Part shown: one piece after another, positions 41,801 to 61,198 of the stretch
Layout: each line of letters starts with the position of its first letter
How positions within the stretch are numbered: the stretch's first letter is position 1
Assembly: GCA_951406725.2 (NCBI GenBank)
Contig: OX597820.1
Span: 83,948,001-84,012,000 of the forward strand
Direction: 5' to 3'
DNA length: 64,000 nucleotides
Source: Octopus vulgaris
Lineage: Eukaryota
Program-made: the position numbers and the translations under genes
The notes under the pieces: model-generated
What the model saw: the letters and a program-made list of their open reading frames with translations, nothing else
Databases searched by the model: none
Told to the model about the DNA's origin: nothing

Positions 41801-42869
41801 AAAGAGAGATATAGAGTTCGGCGAAAGCATTCTTGAAGTCTCTTTCTTATTTTAGAGAAATCTTATTGATACTTTAGCAAGAATTGGCATGGACGTGAAA
41901 AAAATTACACCAAACCTTATAAAATAAACGGAGATGAGAGCACCAGAGAATGCGTAATATAAAATTTTAGTCTTCTAACAGAAACCCGGCATAGTCAGGT
42001 CCAGGTAAACAAATGGACAAACAGAAGAAGCCTAGAATAGCTACTGGAAAGATGACTGCTAGCGCTAAAACCAAGTCTTATGCTGTAGTTTGATGTGAGA
42101 TTGGTATTTCAGCTATAGCAGATACATTAGAATGGAGAAGTTCTTGGACATCGTGGCATGAGAGGAAGTTGGTAGCATTTCGATGCCTGGTGTGCCTTTG
42201 TGGGGACTCAGAATCTGACGGGGGTAAAGACAGTGAGGGTGTGTATAGGAGTGTAAAAGACATGTATGATGGCATTGATATGAGTGTGCTATTGTTTGTA
42301 TGAGTGTGTGTATATATGCATGTGTGCATGCGAATGTGTAAGTATGGGTACCTATGCGTATGGGCGTATGTACAAGCATATGTTAGCGCAGTCGCAACTG
42401 CTAGTGGGATATAGGCGGTGCACTGAGGTTTGGTGGTGTGAGTGTAGGGAAGAGAGGATCAGTAACGTATATTGATGTGTGTATGTGTGTGTATGCGCGC
42501 GCGTGTGTGTGTGCATATGTACATAAACTTGTATGTGTTTGGAAGCGCACAACACGTTTATGGAGGTCACAGGATGAGCATAAGTTAATGGGGCTGGTCT
42601 GCGGTCTGCATTGGCATTGGTAGTGCGGTACCCTGCTGTTGGTTGTGGAGCAGCCAGTACTGAGAAGCATATAATCTTAAGGTGGTATATCTGGGCTGTC
42701 GGCGGCAGTTGACTTGAAGTTCACCAGGAGGTACGTCTGACGGCAGCAATAATATATTTCATGTTTTCTGCGAATAGATATCGCAGGTTGCTAAATAATA
42801 TGTAGTATTTCACTGAAACGTAGCTGGCAATTGTGAGTGCTGGAGGTGTCGTGTGTATTTCGTAGATGG

Positions 42870-43263
42870 TAGCTGACCAGAAGAGAATTAAGACATTCGA
42901 GCTTTGATGTTGGAGAAGAATTTTACGGATTCCATGGACAGCGAAGCTCACCAATGGAGAAGTTCTTAAGCAGATCAGGTCGAAAATGTCACTAGAAGCT
43001 AGGATCACCAAGCATAGATTGGCATATTTTGGTCATATTATGAGGAGAAAATCCCTGGAGAAGGACATCATGCTTGGAATGGTCAGTGGCAAGATAGGAA
43101 GAGGCCGACCAAGAACCCGCTGGCTTGACACCATCAAGAGTGATACCGGAATGGACATAGCCAGTCTGAAAGAAGCGGCCCAGGATAGAATTGACGGGAG
43201 GACATTGATCCATGGAGTAACCGAGTGTCGACTTCGACTGAGCGGATAGATAGAGATAGATAG
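42870..43263 (+). mobile_element. RTE-BovB-like LINE 3' end with (GATA)n tail
   Basis: CWRRILRIPWT, LAYFGHIMRRKSLEKDIMLGMVSGKIGRGRPRTRWLD. Confidence 0.88.
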
Positions 43264-43299
43264 CCTATTCGATGTGGTCGTGGATCCACCAGAAAATGA

Positions 43300-43990
43300 A
43301 ACAAAGTGATAGTTTTCTCTCTATCATTGCATCTAAGTGAGTTCATATTTCCCTTGAAGTCATTGGCCGTCATGCCCATGTAGTTCCTTCTGATGGCATT
43401 CGATTGCGTGAGGGTGCTTGATAGACTACAGCCCCTTAAAGGCGGGATCCTCCCTTTTAGGGTTTCGGTGATTATATTTTGGGGTTGGGACTTGTGCACA
43501 TGCCTGTTTGATTCTCTTGTATTGTGCAATATAAGGAGCGATATTATGTAAGCAGCAGTATCCCACCTTGATGTTATGTCGGTTACGGAAGTTATAGTAC
43601 TTGTGCCCCCTCTGGAAATTCTTAATCAACCACAGAAATCACCTAGCTATGTTGGCTTAAAATTCTTGCTTAAATGAAGAGTTGAACCAGGTTAGCTTTC
43701 GCTTCCTGATTCTCTTCCGATTAGGGTTTTGGGCTAGTGTCCCTTTATGCATACAACTTTCTCAATAAATCCTCTTCTAACCAATGCATCATTATAGTGG
43801 TGAGGTCTTTTTTTGAATATTTCCCTATCGCACACAGACTTAGCTAATCTTTTGTTAATGCATGAGGATAGACTTCTAGTTACAACGGGGTTGGGGGATG
43901 TGCGTTTCTGGATGGTATCCAAGGCAAATAGCTCAACGAATTTTACGATCTCAACAGTGAGTAAATGTTATTTACTTGCTAAACTACAAT
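43300..43990 (-). mobile_element. Penelope-like element (PLE) remnant, RT C-terminal region
   Basis: INKRLAKSVCDREIF..YNDAL, RKRKLTWFNSSF, HKYYNFRNRHNIKVGYCC resemble the PLE WFNPP..FNRNTVKISYSC region. Confidence 0.7.
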
Positions 43991-44250
43991 CAGAAACCAA
44001 TTGCTCCAGGAAGTTAGATGGTAAAATGCTTTTATTTTTTCATTTTGTCCCTGTCTAATTTATCCCTAATTTTGTGGTTATATAACCTAGCTGTTCTTTC
44101 TAGCGTGTTTGAATTCTATGAGTGAATTCCTTATGTGTTTAAATGTACACTGTGTTTTATGAGGAATACATAGTCTTTGGACTAAATTTTTACACTATAG
44201 ACCCCTGGAAATGACAATTTCTATTAATTTCCATTTCCCTTTGATATGAT

Positions 44251-44297
<47 letters not shown>

Positions 44298-44539
44298 GAA
44301 CATGAATCAGATGCAAATGTTAATGTTGGCATTACAGAAGGGAAAGGCCAACATGGAAAATTAAATTCAAATAGGGGAATAAATATGAATGTAAACAGTA
44401 ATATAGATTGAAAGAAATGTGATGAAAATAACAAAATAAATTGTAATTTTAATTCGAATCTGCATAACTCTACCACCCACAGGGACAATTACATTAAATC
44501 TGATAATAAAAAAAATAATGGTAATATTTTGTTTTAATT

Positions 44540-44670
44540 GGGTCTGCGGTTTATACACCTCCTCTAAAATTGCTAGGAAACTTCTCTCCGCGTTAGGTAG
44601 ACATTTCCTTAAACACAGTAGATACTATAGAATTTTTAATAGACATATGGTGATAAGATAGAGCACAACT
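44540..44670 (+). mobile_element. PLE remnant, same type as the 43.3-kb fragment
   Basis: KIARKLLSALGRHFLKHSRYYRIFNRHMV. Confidence 0.5.
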
Positions 44671-45920
44671 TAGTCAGTGACACGAAAAGCATACCCATAC
44701 AATCCATACTCAAACGTGTGTAACCTGGAAAAAGCACTTGACATTATATTGTACAATGCCAACATCAGCAAAAATCCAGATTTGGAAGTGATCTGTATAT
44801 TTAGAATGTACTGAGAGAATATTTTATTGTTTTATCTAAATAATATAATTTCTCAATAATTTTTATGTGTGTAAAATTACTTGGGTAAAACTAAAAACCT
44901 ACAGGAAGATGTACTGATATATATGAAGCAGAGGTTACCGATGGTGAAAAATAGGCCTTTGATTCACTAGGTTATTGATTACTTAATCGAAAGATTGTTC
45001 AAGCAATCTATTGGTAAATTACTTAACTTTTGAAGTAGTTAAGTATCAATACGGTGAGAACGTTAAAAAGCGTGTTCATTAAAAACATCTAAGAATAACG
45101 CAACCTCTGTTTCAAGACATTTATTCACATCACGAATCAAGCGAGACAAACCAAAAATGTAATTATACATATTCACATTTTTATATATTTGCACATACAT
45201 ATATACATAAATACATACATGCACACATATACATACATGCATACATACATACGTGCATACATACATAGAAACATAAACGAGAAATTCTGTCAGTCCATCC
45301 GTCCGGGATCATGGATCTTATTCTACGTATACTCTATATAGATATAATATACCTTTTTGGAATCAGGATGATCCCGGGATTAAAAATCTACCCTTCATTT
45401 GATTCTTGAACATTTAGCATTGGAATCAGTTTTGAATAAGTATTTGTTATATGCTAACAGTTGAAAATTCAAATTTTAAAAAACTCCAAAAATTTGTGGA
45501 GTTACAAGTCTTTCATTGAAACTGAATTTAAAGTAATAACATATATGTAGGGTACCAATAAATGCTTTATTATTACAGCTCTCCGTATTTAGGGGCCACA
45601 GGCTCAGTTAGTGCTCCTCATATATAATCTTAAATGTCAGCATGGAGTGCGGCTTTGAAGTTAGTATGTGTTTGTGTGTGTGTGTCTATGTGTGTGTCTG
45701 TGTGTGTGTCTGTGTATACAGTTTACAGAACAGCAACTAAGTGTTTCATACCGTAAAGATACAATAGTTCGACAGATTTCAGTTACATCCATGAACCTAT
45801 TATTAACTCTTTTGTAAATTATGTATATTGAATGTCATCCCTCAACGGAGAACGTGTTTTCCTGATCTCCCTATATGACGGAAGAGCAAGCTATACATAC
45901 ATGCACATAATCATATACGT

Positions 45921-46045
<125 letters not shown>

Positions 46046-46607
46046 TACATGTATATGTTTGTGTATAAAGGAAAATAAGGATGAAAACTAGTTTCTAGTA
46101 TAGTGTCTTAGGTCATTTTATCACTATGGTTTTGGGACCCATTCAATAGACGATTCAACTGCATATAGATCCTAAATTGCTATTGATCTTCAGGTATATT
46201 ATAATGCATCCACGCATAAATAACTATAACAATAAAGTATAACTTATAACAATAAAGTATTTTCCTGCATATCTGTTGTGACTGAGCATCTATATATACT
46301 TGGAACTATCACTGGGCTCAAAACAACAATACTGTTGAAAAGCGCTTAGGAGCTTTGTATTAAAGTTGTATTTATCCTTATATTTCCTATATTTGATCTA
46401 TAGCTCATAACTGGTGTTATCATCCTAACGACTATACAAGAGCAGACTGAATTATGAGTATTTACTTGGTCGCCTTAACTTATCAGTAGTAGTTGTGCAT
46501 CTAATTGAACTATAAATGCCACTACATCTATGTCTCTACATCCACACATTTGCGCACTCACACACACATACATACTGATTAAATAAATAAATATGTATAT
46601 ATATATA

Positions 46608-47144
<537 letters not shown>

Positions 47145-47158
47145 GCATATAAAAATAT

Positions 47159-47302
47159 AGTCGCAAGACTGGATGTGTGGTAAGAAGCATGCTTCCAATC
47201 ACAAAGTTCTAGGTAAAACCATGGTAAGCCATCTCCTGTATTAGCCTGAGGCCACCCAAAGACTTATGAATGAATTTGTGAGATGGACACTGAAAGAAGA
47301 CC
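47159..47302 (+). mobile_element. SINE family A, 5' half
   Basis: Head and core match up to GAAAGAAGACC. Confidence 0.7.
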
Positions 47303-47471
47303 AGCCACTACACATTCGTTATTTTTTTCTCCTTGTTTCTTTCTGTGTTCGTTTCTGTGGAAGAGCTTAGACTCGAAACGTTAAAGACTTTTTCACTTCC
47401 CGAGCGTTATACTAATACATCTCTTTGTTGTCTACACCACCTATCTTTGTCTTTTGTTTTTTGGGGGAATT
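47303..47471 (+). mobile_element. ~175-bp HHR-bearing interspersed element, copy 2 (core mutated to CTGTGGA)
   Basis: Aligns with 27416-27595. Confidence 0.8.
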
Positions 47472-47475
47472 ATAC

Positions 47476-47510
<35 letters not shown>

Positions 47511-49900
47511 TGGGTGTGGGTGGGTGTTCGTGTCCGTATGTATGTATGTGCTTCTGTGTGTGAGTGTATGTGAACATATGTATATATTATACGTAATGCA
47601 TATCAACTCTCTATAATGGATCAAAATTGTGTTTTGCATAGAATAATTGTCATTACACACATCGAAAATTCCTTTCAGCAGCTTGGAAATGTCTGCGCAT
47701 TGAGCTCCTTTTCTTTAAACATTAATAAATAAACACGTGTCAATATCGGTCATTAAGCGAGACATTGTATTTTGTTTGAAATTTGATGAATATTGATTGA
47801 ATCATTTGCTGAATTATTTTCAGACAGACATCCATATAAATAATGCTGTATTATGTTACACACGCTAAAAGCAAGAACGGTTTCCGAACACACGAGATTG
47901 TTACAAAAACATTGCATGACTAACAATGTATTTGCTTTGTTTGTTCTTTAATCATAGTATTTCATTATAAATGTGGTGTCTAATTATAACTGCCATAGTG
48001 CGTTTCAGGCAAAAAACAAAGTTAATGATACTAATGTTGCAATATTGATACAACTGATATAACCACATTACAAATATTGTATTCACAACGTGGACACATT
48101 TTTGTGTAATTCTATAATCTCTAGTGTAAGGTAAATTACAAAGGTGCATTTTGAACACGTACATCCCGAAGTAATTATTTGTTATTCAGAAAGCAATGTG
48201 CTACCGATTCTTATTAGGAGTTTTAATGGTTCCACATGTTATTTACTATGGCAATGAGTACAAAATCGAATAAGATCATAAACTTTTCGGTGTGTGAGAC
48301 TGTTGAATAAAACTTGAATATTCCTTTACTTTCTAAAATACTGTGTTGTACTTTAAATACTGATAACAGGAAAGAGAGGCAACTCCATTGTCCGATTTTA
48401 ATGAGATATCTACCATGATATGCTTGCATCCATCGATCTGGGTGGCGAATTTTATGACTCTGAAATGAAGATTCGGTCTTTGAAGTGGCGCCACACATTT
48501 CATCTAGGCCTAAGAATTTAAATAGGTAATGGTGTGCAGAGGAATTTAGTGCGACTGTTGGAAAGACAAGTGTTTTATTCTCCTTGATTTTGTAAGATGT
48601 GATTGTACCCCGAATATACAGCAATACCTTGAAACACGCAAATTTCAAGATACCATTAAAAGGAGAGTCCCAGCTGGAAACCGATCGACAATCACCATCA
48701 CAATGCGTGACGTCACACATTTATGGTAGCAATGCGGGTAATCGGAGAAATTGGCTGCCTTGTGGTTTTCTATGAACTGTACTGACCAGATCTGGTGACT
48801 CCTGGATTTCCATCTACTAGATTCAATGAAGGTCAGCCGTAGGGATTACGTATTTCATTACAGGGAACGTGGAATTGGCTGTGAAAATTGGGCAGAGAGT
48901 TCATAGCTGAAGTTTTTGAGAAAGAACTCCAGATTTAAGTTCAGAGATGTCGCAAATACATTGTTTGTGAGAACGATTATATTCAGTGGTATCTACGTAT
49001 AGAAGAGACCTATGCTGCCAAAACGTGCAATTTAAACTACCTACATTAGTTAGATAATAGAAACGCTATGCTCTCTATCGCACAATTACTACCACTTTCT
49101 CTTATTTAAACACGCACGAAATAAGAAAATACGTCATATTTTGCTCTTAGGTGTCCATTTGCAAATTAGAAATGTTCCGCATAGCGTTATCTTTTTTATA
49201 CTCCTGAATATGGTATTTAATTGCAGGTTGCTTTAGATAAAATAGTGGTTCATATAACAAAGTACATGATGGTCATTGTCGGAACGCCTCTCATGATAGT
49301 TCAATTGATAAATGCTGATCTGCTGATGAACAACTTGTACCTGCTGACAGTTTAAAAGAGAATTATAAACATGATCAAAATGAACGCACAAATTTCGACT
49401 GTTAGTCATATAAATGAGATAAGTAAGAAAACAAACATATACAAACCTAAAACAAATGCATTAAAGAAGATATGTAATTAAATGCTTCACAAAATGTACA
49501 TCTGAGAAGTCTTCATATCCTCAACGGTCTATATTAGCAATCACAATTAACTGTCTTCTTAATGATTTCAAATAAAACCATTAAACATAATCTTTAGATT
49601 AACTAGCCGATTATCTCTAATAGGATTCTCTGCAGAGCTGGCTCAGTCGAATGAATTCACGTAACACTTGGTATCAGCGTTAAAAAAGAAATAAGAAAGT
49701 GAAAAGGATACATAAAGAAAAGAAAACGTGAGTGTAATACTGGAATATATTAAGAAGCAACGGCGTTGATATTGATTTTTTGCTTTAGTGGTAAGAACAT
49801 TAAAATTGATTGCATGCACTTGATATAATTTCAGATGCACGAACATGTCCGTATATGTGTATGTATATATGTATATGTGTCTGTGCGTGCGCTTGTGTGC

Positions 49901-51289
<1,389 letters not shown>

Positions 51290-51294
51290 TATAT

Positions 51295-51637
51295 GGTGGC
51301 ACTCGTCGGTTACGACGACGAGGGTTCCAGTTGATCTTATCAATGGAACAGCCTGTTCGTGAAATTAACGTACATGTGGCTGAGCACCCCATCGACACGT
51401 GTATAGTTAACGTTGTTCTCGGGGAGATTCAGCGTTGCACAGAATCAGGAAGAAAGAGTGAGAAATAGCTGTGGTAAAAGAGTACAGCAGGGTTCGCCAC
51501 CACCCCTGCTGGAGCCTTGTGGAGCTTTAGATGTTTTTGCTCAATAAACATTCACAATGCTCGGTCTGGGGAGACAGAAACCATGATACTACGACCGCGA
51601 GTTCGTTACCCTAACCACTGGGCCAATGCGCCTCCAC
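51295..51637 (-). mobile_element. tRNA-derived SINE family C
   Basis: Minus strand starts GTGGAGGCGCATTGGCCCAGTGGTTAGGG (A-box) and ends in a CTCGTCG..CGACGAG stem-loop. Confidence 0.7.
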
Positions 51638-51839
51638 ACACACAACACACAGGCACACACACACACACAACACACAGGCACACACACACACACAACACAC
51701 AGGCACACACACACATACTTGTTTGTTTACTCATTATGCATTATGCAGAGTCTGATCTCGTATTTTACTTAGACATCGGATCCATCATGGCTTTTGATGT
51801 GGCTTTTATTATACGAAAATTATGAGTGTGTTTTACAAT

Positions 51840-52090
51840 TTAGAAAATACATAGGCAGTATTTCGCTATCTTTTGGGCACTCTCTTTTGAATTCCTGTCA
51901 TTTTGGGATCTTCTGGTATCTGAGCTAGGTAGGAATGAGCCCCTTTTGCTATTTTTCGGAGAGTACCAATGACAACAAGTATTCTTTTAGTCTTGAGGTT
52001 CCACATTTTGTCAATTTCTATTTCAAGATCTATATATTTGCTCGGTTTTTGGTAGGTCTTGACAGATGCACTGATGTCGATTGGGTCAGT
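51840..52090 (-). mobile_element. old R4/Dong-like RLE 3' fragment
   Basis: SKYIDLEIEIDKMWNLKTKRILVVIGTL matches SKYKDLEIEVTRMWNLKTETIPIIVGAL of the 58.5-kb element. Confidence 0.8.
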
Positions 52091-52545
52091 CAAAGAAAAT
52101 CTCCTGTGTTACTTAGGTGACTCTTCGATAAAACAATTTTGAAGTTTTCCGTAAGGCACCCAATATGAGATTTAGAATTGATGAAGCCTTCTGGTCGTGT
52201 TGTCAAAGAAATTGCCCTCACATCCGATATCGGAAGAGAACCCAAACTTAAGAAATATAAAACATTTTAGCAGAGGAATAAATAGCTATAATCTGATAAA
52301 TCGCATGGCACAAAAAAAATTCTGATTTCGATCTTAGAAAATAAGAGAATATTGCAATGTCTGTAGGAAAATTGGTGGAATTTAGTAAATAATTTCCGTG
52401 GAATAACAGCACATATTAGTATATTCATAATTCAAATTAACGCAACTACATACGTAAACACCAACAGGTAGAGCAATGATAATGGCCAAGTATTCGCAAA
52501 AAATATGTGTCGAACCAATACTAGGCTACCAATCAAAAATATATT

Positions 52546-52759
52546 CTTTTCTACTCTAGGAACAAGGCCCGAAATTTTGGAGGAGGCAACCAGTAGATTA
52601 GATCGACCCCAGTACGCAACTGGTAATTAATTTATCGAACCCGAAAGGATGAAAGGCAAAGCCGACCTGGGTAGAATTTGAACTCAGAACATAATGGCAG
52701 ACGAAATACGGCTACGCATTTCGCCCGGCGTGCTAACGTTTCTGCCAGCTCTCCGCTTT
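52546..52759 (-). mobile_element. SINE family B
   Basis: Same head and core; 16-bp TSD CAATCAAAAATATATT (52530-52545, 52760-52775). Confidence 0.9.
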
Positions 52760-54672
52760 CAATCAAAAATATATTATGACACCAAGCATTAATCTTCACC
52801 GCAAAACAAATCTTTAATATCATTGCGGGATTTCATTTAGAATATTATCAATAATTTCCCACCAGAGTCTTAAAGTGAAACTGCATGGAATTTAATGGTC
52901 TTCTGGTACCTATTTTATCTACTCTTCAGTTGTATTTTTATTTCCAAAGTAGTTTGATGTGGTCTTTCACATTTATGTACGTAATGAGCATTCTAAATCT
53001 AACCTTTTAAAATTCTGATTTATTATATTGCCTAGTTTCATCCGCATGGTAATCGATTCGCAATGATCCACATATAAGGTGAAGTTGAGAAATTTTCATG
53101 AAAGTGCGTCATATTGTTTTCCTGACGTTATTCACCAGAGCAAAATTAATATGACGGAGCACATGTAACCAATGACAACTCATGCTGAATTATCTAAAAC
53201 TATGGACGAACAATACAACCTCCAGAAATTGTGATGTATTTGACATGGTCCACTGTACTACTAAACGGTGGAATAAATTCTCACTGTTACATCTAATGTT
53301 TGTTTCTTGTATTGTTTCTACGAGTGAACACGCAACATATATCATACAATGATATGCAAGATTTCGTAGTAAAACCAAAGAAGACTTTAGATCAACCCTT
53401 AAAGAAATCATCTCATCTAAGATATGCAATCAAGTTGTTAGCTAAACTCTGGATCTTGTGTCACAACATAGTTACATAAATGACTCCAGAGATTTCTGTT
53501 TCAAGACATGGAGCAACTACCTTGGTGCGGGACAGTATGCCAGCTCCTAATCCAAGAGAATTCGTTGAAAATTGCCTCCGACATTCAAGAGTATGATAAG
53601 GTGAAATCCATAAATGTTATACTTTCTTCTCAACACCGCTGCACAACATATCAGTGTGATAGTCGCTCTAATTTTAATGATTAAGCCATTTCTGATCCCT
53701 TCCCAAGTTCAATGGGAAACGTCCATTAAACTGTAATATACGTCTATGCTACGGCTGAAATTTTCTTTTCCCGATTTGATATTCAAGCGAAATCAGGTTG
53801 TCAGAACACAAATTACACAGACACTTTACTGGAAGTAACAACGCGCTGTCAAAATGTAAAGAAAAAAAACTTCGGTATTTGCATTGGACATTCTGCATCA
53901 AAGTATTTTAAGATTTCATATTGTGCGTGTGAACAGAGAGATACTGATGGATAAGTAATATCATGATTCTTTATGTAAATGGGTATTTCAGTAGTGTGTA
54001 CATTATGATAAATTCCAGGTGTGCTGCACAAAAAAATAATCATCACAGGCCAAATAGTATTGTGAAGTTCCTGGCCTCTCGACACACGTTAGACAAGAGA
54101 CACATGCTAACTATAGCGTTCAGCATTTGAGGATAAGAATTTAGGAATTATCATGTAAAATTATCGACAATAGCCATTTTACCAAAGCCAAACACAATTT
54201 TCACTGGCGACTGTTGAACTCTTCCTGTTGAAATAGAAATGACAGATACAATGACCGACTAACTGGTCTTCTGGGAGTATGTACGCAACGGTTCAATTAA
54301 TAAGAAATACATTACTTAAACTCGGACACATACATATTTACACACAAATGTGTCAACAAACGTGCATTAGTACACACACATCCCATATCCATGCACACAC
54401 ACACATACATATATACACAAGCATGCATTTACATGTATGTGTAAATAAATGTGTGTGCGTGTATATGAATTAGTATTATACATATACCTGCCTGTATAGG
54501 GGTATTTATATCTACCCATCTCTCTCTATAATATATATGTGTGCGTTTATATGTACAAATAAGTGTATATTTGTTTCTACGTGTATATATACATACATAC
54601 ACACACTCATATAGTGAGCGAAAGACAAATAAAGAGTTAGAAATAAAAGTAGATGAACGGAAATACCAACAT

Positions 54673-54809
<137 letters not shown>

Positions 54810-56109
54810 CAAACACGGTTACAAAGAAAGAAGATACAGATAAGTTTATTGGTATTATATTTATGCATGATTCTTTTCATGTACCCACTCTAATTTGATT
54901 GAAGTTTTACAGCTTTACGAACATTTATTGGACAAGTATTTCTTAGCGTTCCAAATACGAAATCTTTTTTCTCTCGCTCAATCTGCATGCTAACCTCTCC
55001 ATCACTCTGCTAGTGAAGCCTATTAAAATACACAAAGCACATAATCATTCAACTTTGCTGTGTGCACTTGATTGATCATGTGTTATAATGACAATACTTA
55101 ACCATCAATATTATACAGGGATATTCACCTAACTTAATATAGATACCCAAAATTCACTTTGCTTATTCATCCGACTAGATTCAAGCGAATGCAATGGGGT
55201 ATACAAGCTGCATTTGAGATTGCTTTCCTCATATTCGTCAAGATATGAGCTGAAAACGTAAAAGGTGATATACACTTGTATATGGTCGAGTGACTTTGCT
55301 GCATTTTCATTATTAAATATTGCTTGTTAAGTCTCAAAGAAATCAATCACGGTACACGAATGTTTGTGTATAGAACAGTGATCTTTCGTTAAAGTAAGAC
55401 CTGTTCACTGTTTTTATCAAAAGTTCTATATAGGATTATGCATTCAATTATGAAGACACTTTTATTGATATCTGCAAGCATTCTGTCTCACTTGCATTGG
55501 TCCGTAAACAATGCAGTTCTCCTATAACATTAAAGACTCCCGGGATGTTCTTATGTATTTCATATACACTATTTAATCTAAAGAAAAATTAATGTTTCAG
55601 CTACGTAGATTTGGCCCCTGAGTCAAATGAAAATTACATAAAGATGTATTTCATATAAGTCATATAAATATATTATAGTGTGATGCATATTTGCACGAAT
55701 TTGTGTGAATATGAGTGACTGTAGGTGCCTACGCACACTCACACATAGTCATATATATATATATATACGTACATATATGTGTGCGCACGTGTGTGTGTAT
55801 AGTCATGTATTTATACACATGCACACACTCTGACAACGACGTATATATTCATTTGACGTGCACATATATGGATAGGAAAATGTATCTATTAATATCATTT
55901 GCGTATATTCTTTTCTATACGTCATTATTCAGGGTTATCTCCAGTTTTAAGTATGTGTGTATATATAAATGATTTATATATTCTGCTATGTTTTTGTATT
56001 TCTAAATCGACATGTATATCTACATGACTACAGAGTGCATTATATATGTACCTCTGCATGCGCGTGTGTGCACGTGCGTATTTGTGTGTATGTGTGTGTG
56101 TGTTTGTGC

Positions 56110-56148
<39 letters not shown>

Positions 56149-57265
56149 TGTCTTTTTTGTGGGTGAGAGTGTGTGTAACATAAGCCATAGAAATGTTATT
56201 CCGATACGTTAAAATCAAAGAAAAAATCGTGAAATATTTGGACCGTATGTTAAAATATAAGTACTGTAACTGTACTGAAAAAAAAATTATTCAAATTATG
56301 TATTCAAATTATATAATGAATACATGCTCTTCATAGTGGCAAAACCTTAGGATTAGACAAATGCTGGAATATATATTTATCACTTAGTGCTTGGTTAAAT
56401 CAACGTTAATCCTTTTGGAGTATTTTCTCCTGTACTCTTTATAACCCTACTGCTGTCAGGAAATAACGTTAACATTTGTCAAGAAATACAACTGTATGAT
56501 AGTCAATGACGCGTAATAATGATACCACAGATGTGTGTGTAAGTGTGTGTTTGCTTGTTTGTGTGTGCATGTGTGTGCTTATGTGCGAGCGCTTGCGTGC
56601 GTGCATGCGTGTCTGTGTGTCTACTTGTGTGTATGTGTTATGGCAAGTTCTTTGTTTGCTAACCAGCGCAAGATATCATGCAAATTAATTTTTTTTTTTT
56701 ATAGAAACAAATGATAGAAAATGATATGTTTAATCAAGCATGTGATTGGGTTTTGCGGTTATACAGTTGATATTTGCGTCTTAAATTATAGTTTTATTCC
56801 CTAGAATTTACATTATGACAGTTATCCAACTGATATCGAAGCTAACGGAAGATAAGTGTATAAATAAAATATACAATTCTGTTTCAGCTGATATTATTTA
56901 TAAACCAGAAGTAACTATTGTTTACATTAACACTAACGTATATATTGTTGTAGGTTGCATCCAAACCATGTGCATAAGGGAGAACGAATTATATATAGTG
57001 TACATACTGGGCACATTATAAGCAGAGAGTGTTTGTGAGTAGACGTGATCTATTCATAGATCTTAGTAATAACCGTATTGTTCGGGGCTATTTTGGTAAA
57101 ACATTATGTAAACAACGTAAGTTTGTAGTTATTTGAAGCTTGCAATAATGACGAAAAACAAGAACGTTGTGATGGATGCTAAATATTGCCAGTAAACTTT
57201 TAATTTCGGTACAGGCCAACTATTTGAAGGTAGGGGTCAAGTCGATGTCATGGATTCTAGCACTT

Positions 57266-57480
57266 TTAGCACGCCGGGCGAAATGCGTAGCCGTATTTCG
57301 TCTGCTGTTACGTTGTGAGTTCAAATTCCGCCGAGGTTGACTTTGCCTTCCATCCTTTCGGGGTCGATAAATTAAGTACCAGTTACGCACTGGGGGTCGA
57401 TGTAATCGACTTAATACCTATGTCTGTCCTTGTTTGTCCCCTCTATGTTTAGCCCCTTCTAGGTAATAAAGAAATAGGTA
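57266..57480 (+). mobile_element. SINE family B nested in an older antisense copy (~57195-57612)
   Basis: Colinear with 29197-29429; the flanks read as the two halves of a decayed minus-strand copy. Confidence 0.8.
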
Positions 57481-57845
57481 TTTATTTTATCAACCGCGAA
57501 ATGGAGACTGGCAAAATTGCTTTCGGTGGATTTTGAATTCACAACGGAAAGGCGGAGTAAAGAGTACTAAGCATTTTGTCGTGTATGCTAATTATTCTAC
57601 CAGCCCACCAACTAACGATAAGCGAATTGTAATGTCTTTACTAAATACTCTCACTGTTTGAATCAGTGAATCTGTCTGTTCTAATTTTTGCATATATCTT
57701 GAAGTCATCCGTATAAAGGTAATGATTAATTTTCATCATAGTTTTCATAAACTTTCAGACAATCCTGAATTTTGTTAGCATACTTGTCAGAAGAATTTAA
57801 TGCAATGACGAAGAGCAACGAAGAGAGTAAGAGAGAGAGAGGGGG

Positions 57846-57889
<44 letters not shown>

Positions 57890-58242
57890 GAGAGATTTTC
57901 TTTGAAAAATGTCCCGGTGTCTTTTCCCGTTACCTGGCAAACCATTTGTACACGTTCGCTGATTACTCTCGCGAAAAGAAGTTTTAAAATACCCATTGAT
58001 TCCGAGCGTCTGCTGATGCGGCACCAGCATCCAGTTGTATGAGATATTCACGTAGTCATACTTTAATCTAAACTATTCAACAGCTAAGTTCCTCAACCTT
58101 AGCCATACCTCATTTAAAATTATGCTGTCAATATATAACAGATCAGAAGTTTCACTTGATTTCTGCTTAAATCCTTTTTTCCCTTGAGGCAGGAGGTTCT
58201 CCTTTTCCAGAAAATTATATACTTCATCTGCTATCAGTCCAG

Positions 58243-60909
<2,667 letters not shown>

Positions 60910-61138
60910 ATTATTATTATTATTGTTATTGTGGCTATTGTTGTGGTTGCTGCTACTGCTATTAATATAACGACAGGATGGCAGAATCCTTAGCGCATCG
61001 GACAAAATGCCCAGTCATATTTCTTCTAAATATTCACGTTCTTATTTCGTTTATCACTGCTGTGATCATTACCTTTCATCCTTTCAGTGTTGTGCTTGTC
61101 CATATATGTGAATTGTATGCATGCATGTGTGTGTGTGA

Positions 61139-61198
<60 letters not shown>

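Noticed and set aside
45285-45610. Possible DINE-1/Helentron-like element (GTCC repeats, CCGGGATCAT/ATGATCCCGG)
   Set aside because: Termini could not be defined.
48223-48720. 165-aa ORF as a host exon or integrase
   Set aside because: No recognisable motif or supported splice structure.
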